Shown one piece after another: positions 57,516 to 64,000 of a stretch of 64,000 nt of DNA. The first letter of the stretch is position 1; each line of letters starts with the position of its first letter. Position numbers and translations under genes: made by a program. Source of the DNA: Thermoplasmata archaeon (GTDB taxonomy: Archaea > Thermoplasmatota > E2 > JACPAO01 > JAHFTW01); contig JAXDQS010000001.1 of the NCBI GenBank assembly GCA_034667725.1, positions 224,001 to 288,000 of the forward strand, given 5' to 3'. Below the pieces are notes generated by a model. It had not been told where the DNA came from and did not search any database. It was given only the letters and a program-made list of their open reading frames with translations.

Positions 57516-57951
57516 CCTTGTCGCCCCCGCGTCCGTCGCCGCGGCCCAGGCCGGCCTGTTCGGCGGCCTGCTGGACCGGTTCTGCGAGGTGGTGGGCCCC
57601 GCCGCCAGCGAGGCGACCTTCCACTACGCCGCCGTGCAGGAAGGCCTGCGGCTCGGCGCCGGGCACGGCCCCAAGGGCCTGGACAGCGCGCTCGCGGCCG
57701 TGGACGCGGTCCTGGGCCACCGCAGCCGCCTGACGGCCGACGGCGATGTCCTGCGCCTCGCCATCACAGATTCGCCGATCCTGGCGGGCGGCAAGCCGGT
57801 GCGCCTCGCCGTGGTGCGCGGCCTCGTCGAGGGCACGCTGCGGGCCGTGCGCGGGAAGGCCTACACCGGCAAGTTCCTGGAAGGCCGGGCGGAGGGAGAC
57901 GAAGCGCTGCTTGAGCTGCGCATGGAGGATGACCATGATGCCACAAACTGA
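57490..57951 (+). CDS. Hypothetical protein, possibly a V4R-like ligand-binding/output domain
   Basis: SPI...VRGLVEG pattern; overlaps both neighbours. Confidence 0.55.
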   Translation: MSPLAREPDLVAPASVAAAQAGLFGGLLDRFCEVVGPAASEATFHYAAVQEGLRLGAGHGPKGLDSALAAVDAVLGHRSRLTADGDVLRLAITDSPILAGGKPVRLAVVRGLVEGTLRAVRGKAYTGKFLEGRAEGDEALLELRMEDDHDATN

Positions 57952-58252
57952 ACCAAGCAACCTGCGCAAGCTGTTCGAGGTCTGGGTGGACTCGGAGCTC
58001 AAGGCCCAGATCATCGTGTTCTACCAGAACAACCCCGGCGTCATCGACACCATCGAGGGCTTGGCGTCACGGCTCGGCACCAACGTGGAGCAGCTGCGCA
58101 CCAACATCGCCGACCACCTCCAGCTCGGGTTCCTGCACGAGCGCAAGGTGGGCAGCCAGGTCGTCCTGGTGTACGACCGCAAGAAGCAGCAAGGCATCCA
58201 GGAGTTCATCGCCGCCGAGATGGGCAAGCTCTCCAGGGAGGGTGTCCAATGA
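57935..58252 (+). CDS. Small winged-HTH-like protein
   Basis: FYQNNPGVIDTIEGLASRLG...L..LGFL. Confidence 0.7.
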   Translation: MMPQTEPSNLRKLFEVWVDSELKAQIIVFYQNNPGVIDTIEGLASRLGTNVEQLRTNIADHLQLGFLHERKVGSQVVLVYDRKKQQGIQEFIAAEMGKLSREGVQ

Positions 58253-59037
58253 GCCGTCCCGAGCCGGGCGTGCCCCGGGAGGAGGGCCGGCTGTCCACCG
58301 GGGTCGCGGGGCTGGACGCCATGCTGGGCGGCGGCTGGGCGCGCGGCGACGCCAACCTGGTCGCCGGGGCGCCAGGCACGGGCAAGACCACCCTTGGCCT
58401 GCAGTTCCTGGCCGCCGGCATCGCGGCCGGCGAGCCCGGCGTGTTCGTGACCTTCGAGTACCTGCCCCAGCTCATCTACCGCGACGCCCGCAAGCGCGGC
58501 TGGGACATGCCGCGATGGGAGGCCGAGGACAAGATGCGGGTCGTGTGCACCACGCCCGAGCTGCTGCTGAACGAGGTGGCCCCCGGCCGCAGCCTGCTCG
58601 ACGACGCCATCGCCGAGATCGGCGCCAAGCGCCTGGTCATCGACTCGCTCACCGCCTTCGAGGCCCACGTGCGCGGCGCGGTCCCGCTCCGGCAGTCCCT
58701 GGCCGGGCTGTTCAACCACCTGCGCCTCAAGGGCGTCTCGGTCGTCGAGACCTACGAGATCCCGCAGATCGCCGGGCCGGCCATGAAGGTGAGCGAGTGG
58801 GGCCTGGAGTTCCTTGCCGACTCCGTCGTGCTCTTGCGCTACGTCGAGATCGAGGGCACCCTCCAGAAGGCGATCAACATCCTCAAGTTCCGCGCCGGCG
58901 ACCATGACCGCCGCTTCCGTCGCTACGAGCTGACCGGCAAGGGCCTCGTGGTGGAGGGCGAGTTCACCGGCATCGAAGGCATCAGCGGCGGCGCGGCGCG
59001 GCGCAGCTTCGGCAACCGGGCGCGGGAGCTGGTGTGA
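58249..59037 (+). CDS. Single-domain KaiC/RAD55 family ATPase
   Basis: LSTGVAGLDAMLGGG, GAPGTGKT, LVIDSL, ILKFR. Confidence 0.92.
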   Translation: MSRPEPGVPREEGRLSTGVAGLDAMLGGGWARGDANLVAGAPGTGKTTLGLQFLAAGIAAGEPGVFVTFEYLPQLIYRDARKRGWDMPRWEAEDKMRVVCTTPELLLNEVAPGRSLLDDAIAEIGAKRLVIDSLTAFEAHVRGAVPLRQSLAGLFNHLRLKGVSVVETYEIPQIAGPAMKVSEWGLEFLADSVVLLRYVEIEGTLQKAINILKFRAGDHDRRFRRYELTGKGLVVEGEFTGIEGISGGAARRSFGNRARELV

Positions 59038-59786
59038 TGGCCCTCGAAGGCGTGGACTGGCAGCTGCTGCGCAACCTGCTGGCCATTCCCACGGCCGCCG
59101 TCTACATGACGGTCGGCTTCGTCGTGGGCCGCCGCGAGGTCTCGCGCGAGGCACGGCCGGCGAACCTGGCGTTCCAGGCGTGGTGGCACGGGCTGGCCGC
59201 CCTGACCCTGTTCACGCCGCTCATCTGGCTGCTGGACGTGCTCGGCGTCGGCGGCTTCGAGCTGCGGCTGTACCTCGTCGAGGTGCTGCTCTTGGCCCTC
59301 GTGGTCGCCATCGCCTGCCTGGTCTACTACCTGCTCTACGTCTACACCGGAAAGGCCTGGGTGATGTGGCCCGTCGCAGGCTACCACCTGCTGGCCATGG
59401 CCTGGCTGAGCCAGCTCATCACCATCGGCCAGCCCGTCGCGTACGGCAGCGCCTGCCCCGACGCCGGGTTCTGCTACCAGAACGACATCATGGACTCCTC
59501 GGCCGCGCAGTGGATCGGCGTCATCCTGGTGCTGCCCATCGTGCTGAGCGCCCTGGCGTACTTCGCGCTGTTCTTCCGCATGGAGTCGCGGGCCCAGAAG
59601 TACCGCATCGCCATGGTCGCGGGCGCGCTTTTTGTGTGGTTCGGCAGCAGCCTGGTCGCGAGCGTCCTGGACGCGGCCGCCAACGACGCATGGACCCTTG
59701 CGAGCAACCTGATCGGCCTGGGGGCGGCGCTGTTGATCCTGGCCGCGTACCGGCCGCCGGCGATGATCCGCGCCAAGCTGGCCTGA
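59037..59786 (+). CDS. Stand-alone seven-TM membrane protein (sensor-like)
   Basis: Seven hydrophobic helices, Cys pair in a loop, no cytoplasmic domain; overlaps the KaiC stop. Confidence 0.75.
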   Translation: MALEGVDWQLLRNLLAIPTAAVYMTVGFVVGRREVSREARPANLAFQAWWHGLAALTLFTPLIWLLDVLGVGGFELRLYLVEVLLLALVVAIACLVYYLLYVYTGKAWVMWPVAGYHLLAMAWLSQLITIGQPVAYGSACPDAGFCYQNDIMDSSAAQWIGVILVLPIVLSALAYFALFFRMESRAQKYRIAMVAGALFVWFGSSLVASVLDAAANDAWTLASNLIGLGAALLILAAYRPPAMIRAKLA

Positions 59787-59870
59787 CGGCCGGCCCATTG
59801 CGGCGCGTCCTTCAGGAGGATCCTGCGGGAAGGGCGGTGCGCAACGACGCCAACGTCCACCGGCAGGCTC

Positions 59871-59898
59871 AAATCAACACTCAACCTAACGGTATAGC
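59871..59898 (+). promoter_or_regulatory. Possible ArsR operator
   Basis: Imperfect palindrome TCAACCtaacGGTATA immediately before the ArsR ATG. Confidence 0.4.
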
Positions 59899-60210
59899 AT
59901 GGACCTGGACCGGACCTTCGCCGCCCTGTCCGACCCGACCCGCCGCGCGCTCCTGTCGAGCCTCGAAGTGGGCGAGCGGACCCTGAGCGACCTGGCGAAG
60001 CCGCTGCCCATGACCTTGATGGCCGTGCAGAAGCATGTCCGGGTCCTGGAGGAGGCAGGCCTTGTGGAGACCCGCAAGCACGGCCGCAGCCGGCACGTGC
60101 GGCTGCGCGTCCACGGGCTGGAGCCCGCCGCCGCGTGGATCCGGCACTCGGAAGCCCGCTGGAACGCCGCCTTCGACCGCCTCGAGAAGGCCTTGCAAGA
60201 GGAGGATTGA
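59899..60210 (+). CDS. ArsR/SmtB family regulator
   Basis: FAALSDPTRR, AVQKHVRVLEEAGLV. Confidence 0.92.
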   Translation: MDLDRTFAALSDPTRRALLSSLEVGERTLSDLAKPLPMTLMAVQKHVRVLEEAGLVETRKHGRSRHVRLRVHGLEPAAAWIRHSEARWNAAFDRLEKALQEED

Positions 60211-60212
60211 CC

Positions 60213-60641
60213 ATGCCCAAGACGACGCAGACGCCCACCTTGAAGATCGAACGCGTGTTCGAAGCCAGCCCCGAACGGCTCTGGTCGTTCTGGACCGACC
60301 CGAAGAAGTACGCCAAGTGGCTCAACCCCCACAGCGCGGACCTGAAGATCCAGGAGTTCGACGTCCGCGTCGGCGGCCGCGTCAAGTTCCTCATGCCGCT
60401 CGACAACGGCACCGAGATGCCCAACGAGGGCGTGTTCCATGTGCTGGAGCCGCACCGCCGCATCGTGACCGGCGACCCCGACAAGGCGTTCCTGATCACC
60501 GTCACCTTCGAGCCCCTCGTGCCCGGCCGCACCCGCATGAGCCTGGAGATCGCCGGCGTGCCCCCCGAGCACCACGCCGGCGCCACCCAGGGCTGGGGCG
60601 TCGGCCTCGGCAAGCTGGAGCGCCTGCTCGCGGAGGCCTAG
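60213..60641 (+). CDS. SRPBCC/AHSA1 domain protein
   Basis: IERVFEASPERLW..WTDP, DVRVGG, GW. Confidence 0.9.
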   Translation: MPKTTQTPTLKIERVFEASPERLWSFWTDPKKYAKWLNPHSADLKIQEFDVRVGGRVKFLMPLDNGTEMPNEGVFHVLEPHRRIVTGDPDKAFLITVTFEPLVPGRTRMSLEIAGVPPEHHAGATQGWGVGLGKLERLLAEA

Positions 60642-60643
60642 GC

Positions 60644-61609
60644 ATGCCGGCCGCCACCCGCGCGCACGGCGCCCTCCCGCCCCCCAAGGGCATCTCGCCG
60701 CCCGCCACCTTCCGCGTCTTGCCGGACCGCCACCTGACCCTGGAGCGCTGGTTCAAGGCGACGCCGGAGAAGCTGTACGAGGCCTGGACGACCAAGGCGA
60801 CGTTGGAGAAGTTCTTCTGGCCGGTCGGGGCGGGCGTCGTCAAGGAGCTGTCGGCCAAGCCGGGCGGGCGCCTGGTGATGGGCCACGCCACGCAGCCGTG
60901 GACCGCGACCTGGACGTACCAGGAGATGGTGCCCGGCAAGCGCATCGTCTTCGAGGACCACTGGGACGACGGCTCCGGCCACAAGGCCACCGGCATCATG
61001 GAGTTCATCCCGGAGAACGGCGGCACCCGCATGAAGGTCCGCCACGGGCCGTTCCCCGCCACGGGCCCCTACCAGCCCGACGCCGCCGGCGCCGGCTTCG
61101 CCATGGCGTCCGACCGGCTCGCCGAGGAGCTGGAGGTCCCCGGCCAGGACGAGGGCTTCCGCCTCGTGCGCGTGTTCCGCGCCACGCCCGAGAAGCTGTG
61201 GTCGATGTGGACCACCAAGGCCGGCCTCGACCAGTGGTGGAAGCCGTCGGCCAAGGACATGGGCTTCGACTTCCGCGTCGACGCGCTGGACGTCCGCGTC
61301 GGCGGCGCCTACGACATCGTCATGTCGAACGCGCAGCACGGCGAGCTGCACAACCACGGCGAATACCTGGAGGTCGTGCCCGGCAAGCGCCTTGCCTACC
61401 GCTGGGACTTCGACATCTTCCTCGGCCCCGGCGAGTCCCCCTACCCCATCCTGGTCACCCTCGACTTCGAGGCGCTGCCCCCGCAGGCCGGCGGCGGCAC
61501 CCGGATGACCTTCGTCCAGGGCCCCATGAAGAAGCCGGAGCACACGGAGGGCAGCCGGCAGGGCGTGCGCTCGAACTTCGCCAAGCTGGCCAAGGCGCTC
61601 GGCGAATAG
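60644..61609 (+). CDS. Tandem SRPBCC/AHSA1 domain protein
   Basis: Two ATPEKL..WT...VPGKR domains. Confidence 0.88.
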   Translation: MPAATRAHGALPPPKGISPPATFRVLPDRHLTLERWFKATPEKLYEAWTTKATLEKFFWPVGAGVVKELSAKPGGRLVMGHATQPWTATWTYQEMVPGKRIVFEDHWDDGSGHKATGIMEFIPENGGTRMKVRHGPFPATGPYQPDAAGAGFAMASDRLAEELEVPGQDEGFRLVRVFRATPEKLWSMWTTKAGLDQWWKPSAKDMGFDFRVDALDVRVGGAYDIVMSNAQHGELHNHGEYLEVVPGKRLAYRWDFDIFLGPGESPYPILVTLDFEALPPQAGGGTRMTFVQGPMKKPEHTEGSRQGVRSNFAKLAKALGE

Positions 61610-61661
61610 CCGCGTCGTCCCCTCCTCCTTTTTCTCCTCGCCCCGGAACCGGAGCCCCACC

Positions 61662-63101
61662 GTGCCCATCCCCGACCGCCAACGCTGGCTCGCCCTCGTC
61701 GTCCTGTGCCTCGGCACCCTCATGATCGTGCTCGACACCACCATCGTGAACGTCGCCCTGCCCTCCATCCAGGCCGACCTCGGCTTCAGCGAGGCCTCGC
61801 TGGCTTGGGTCGTCAACGCCTACATGCTGGCCTTCGGCGGCTTCCTCCTCCTGGGCGGCCGCCTCGGCGACTTCTGGGGCCACCGCCGCCTGTTCCTGGC
61901 CGGCCTCACGCTGTTCACGCTCGCCTCGCTGGCCTGCGGCCTGGCCGGGTCCCAGACGGTCCTGGTGGCGGCGCGAGGGGTGCAAGGCCTGGGCGGCGCC
62001 GTCGTGTCCGCCGTCTCGCTGTCCCTGATCATGGACCTGTTCCAAGCACCCCGCGACCGCGCCAAGGCCATGGGCGTCTACGGCTTCGTGGCGGCCGGCG
62101 GCGGCAGCCTCGGCGTCCTCTTGGGCGGCATCCTCACCGACGCCGTCGACTGGCATTGGGTGTTCCTCGTCAACATCCCCATCGGCGTCGGCGTGTTCGC
62201 CCTCTGCCTCCCGCTGCTGCCGGCCGACAAGCCCGCCGCCGACCGCGGCCGCCTCGACGTCGCGGGCGCCGTCACCATCACCGGCGCCGTCATTCTCGCG
62301 GTGTACGCCGTCGTCAACGGCAACCAGGCCGGCTGGCGGTCGCTGCAGACGCTCGGCCTGCTCGGCGCCGCCGCGGTCCTGTTCGCGGCGTTCCTGGCCA
62401 CCGAAATGCGGGTGGCCCGCCCCCTCGTCCCGCTTGGCCTGTTCCGCCGCCGCAACCTGGCCGCCGCCAACCTCGTCGCCCTGCTGTGGGCGGCCTCGAT
62501 GTTCGCGTGGTTCTTCCTGTCGGCGCTCTACCTTCAGTTCGTCCTCGGCTACACGCCGCTGCAGGTCGGCCTCGCCTTCCTGCCCGCCAACCTGCTGATG
62601 GCCGCGTTCTCGCTCGGCCTGTCCGCCCGCATCGTGGGCCGCTTCGGCGTGCGCCTGCCGCTTGCCGTCGGCCTGCTGGTGGCCGCCGCCGGGCTCGCCT
62701 GGTTCGCCCGCGCGCCGGTCGCCGGCGACTTCCTGCGCGACGTCCTGCCCGCCATGCTGCTGCTCGGCATCGGCGGCGGCCTGGTGTTCAACCCGCTGCT
62801 GCTTGCCGCCATGCACGACGTCAAGGCGTCCGAGTCCGGCCTCGCCTCCGGCATCGTCAACACCTCGTTCATGATGGGCGGGGCGCTGGGCCTTGCCATC
62901 CTCGCGAGCCTCGCGGCCGCCCGCACCGCGAGCCTGGCCGCCGGCGGCCTCGGCCCGGCCGCGGCCCTGAGCGGCGGCTACCAGGCCGCGTTCCTGGTCG
63001 GCGCGCTGTGCGCCGTGCTGGGGGCGGTGCTGGGCGCGGCCCTGCTGCGCGTCCGCCACGACACGGCGGCCGGCGAGCCGGCGCCCGTCGCGATGCACTA
63101 A
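61662..63101 (+). CDS. DHA2 family MFS efflux transporter
   Basis: LDTTIVNVALPSI, GRLGDFWGHRR, WHWVFLVNIPIG. Confidence 0.93.
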   Translation: MPIPDRQRWLALVVLCLGTLMIVLDTTIVNVALPSIQADLGFSEASLAWVVNAYMLAFGGFLLLGGRLGDFWGHRRLFLAGLTLFTLASLACGLAGSQTVLVAARGVQGLGGAVVSAVSLSLIMDLFQAPRDRAKAMGVYGFVAAGGGSLGVLLGGILTDAVDWHWVFLVNIPIGVGVFALCLPLLPADKPAADRGRLDVAGAVTITGAVILAVYAVVNGNQAGWRSLQTLGLLGAAAVLFAAFLATEMRVARPLVPLGLFRRRNLAAANLVALLWAASMFAWFFLSALYLQFVLGYTPLQVGLAFLPANLLMAAFSLGLSARIVGRFGVRLPLAVGLLVAAAGLAWFARAPVAGDFLRDVLPAMLLLGIGGGLVFNPLLLAAMHDVKASESGLASGIVNTSFMMGGALGLAILASLAAARTASLAAGGLGPAAALSGGYQAAFLVGALCAVLGAVLGAALLRVRHDTAAGEPAPVAMH

Positions 63102-64000
63102 GTCGCGAGCAGCCCCGCCATCGCGGACTCGTAGACCGCCAGCTCGACGCCCTGCGCGCCATGCAGGTCGTCGAGCGCCGCGCGCCGGTCGCGCATCCGC
63201 TCCCACCGGCTCTCGTCAAGGGTCTTGGGCACGACGAAGTGGATCACGTGCACCGGATGCCGGGTCGTGACGCGCCGCGCGCGCCGCACCGCCTGGTCCA
63301 CCAAGGCGGGCGTCCAGCCCGGGTCCACCATCAGCACGGTGTCGGCGGCGTCCAGCGTGATGCCGACGCCCGCCGCCTCCAGCTGGCACAAGGCGAGGCG
63401 GACGCGCGGGTCCGACTGGAAGCGCGCCACGCGGCGGGTGCGCTCCTCCGGCGACACCGCGCCGGTGAGGCGGACCGCCATCTCCTGCCACGGCTTGGTC
63501 TCCAGCGCCTCCAAGGGCTCCAGGTGGTGCGAGAACGCCAGCGCCTTGCGCTCCGAGAACCACAGGTCCTCCAGGATGGCCGACGCCGCCGCGGTCTTGG
63601 CCTCCTGCAAGACCCGCATCGCCTCCTGGAACGCGGACAGCCCGTCGCGGCTGCGGGGCGCCTGGCTGCGCATCCGCTGGAGCCACGCCCGGTAGCGCTG
63701 CAGCTGGTCCGGCAGCAACTCGACGTGGAGGGTCTGCTCCGTCAGCGGCGGCAGGTCGTCCACCACCTCGGCGAGGCGGCGCGCGGCCATCCACGGCTCC
63801 AGGCGGGTCCGGAGCTCGGCGGTGCGCTGCGAGCCCACCACGCGCTTGACCTTGCGGCCGCCGGCCCGGATCTCCGACAGCCGGCAGTACCGCGCCCGGA
63901 ACGCCGCCAAGGTCGGGAAGTCGTCCGGCCGCACCAGCCGCAGCACCGCGAACAAATCCTCGGCGTTGCGCAACAGCAGGCTGCCGCTCAGGAACAGCCG
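63098..64000 (-). CDS. SNF2-family helicase, C-terminal part; truncated by the window edge
   Basis: DLPP, KALAFS, AAGVGITLDAAD, WTPALVDQAVRRARR. Confidence 0.85.
   Translation of the reverse strand, partial: RLFLSGSLLLRNAEDLFAVLRLVRPDDFPTLAAFRARYCRLSEIRAGGRKVKRVVGSQRTAELRTRLEPWMAARRLAEVVDDLPPLTEQTLHVELLPDQLQRYRAWLQRMRSQAPRSRDGLSAFQEAMRVLQEAKTAAASAILEDLWFSERKALAFSHHLEPLEALETKPWQEMAVRLTGAVSPEERTRRVARFQSDPRVRLALCQLEAAGVGITLDAADTVLMVDPGWTPALVDQAVRRARRVTTRHPVHVIHFVVPKTLDESRWERMRDRRAALDDLHGAQGVELAVYESAMAGLLAT

Noticed and set aside
58249-59037. Circadian clock kaiC
   Set aside because: Single domain, lacks the Ser/Thr phosphosites, and no kaiA or kaiB.
59037-59786. Microbial rhodopsin
   Set aside because: No retinal-binding Lys motif in helix 7.

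Overview
High-GC archaeal chromosome segment. TFB, L10e, L18a, L31e, L39e, S19e, aIF6, prefoldin alpha, Rpp21, Trm1 and PDCD5 establish an archaeon; gene order and the many secreted proteins and lipoproteins suggest a high-GC Thermoplasmatota lineage (inference). Layout: 0-16.5 kb mixed housekeeping and accessory genes (trm1, DUF4062-TPR protein, NTPase, PfpI, tfb, secreted proteins); 16.6-22.6 kb ribosomal/translation operon ending in tRNA-Gly(CCC); 22.6-37.5 kb metabolic and membrane genes (AlaX, purA, rpl10e); about 37.5-47.9 kb a foreign-looking island next to tRNA-Asp(GTC), carrying a SWIM-DDE transposase and its DDE-less paralog, a 4 x ~69-bp palindromic array, an iteron-like origin-type block, a membrane-anchored HTH regulator and secreted cargo; 48-59.8 kb a signal-transduction cluster (histidine kinases, CheB-CheR fusion, REC proteins, KaiC-like ATPase, 7TM protein); 59.9-64 kb ArsR-SRPBCC-MFS genes and a partial SNF2 helicase. 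Most unusual observations: (i) related palindromic elements downstream of tfb and tRNA-Gly that contain copies of the neighbouring gene's 3' end, with tfb losing its stop codon; (ii) the pfdA stop codon lies inside the tRNA-Gly gene; (iii) the repeat/origin architecture beside the SWIM transposase pair; (iv) signal peptide-ectodomain-TM-double-wHTH receptors; (v) a secreted protein with tandem expansin-D2-like domains. All calls come from reading motifs by eye; no database searches were run.
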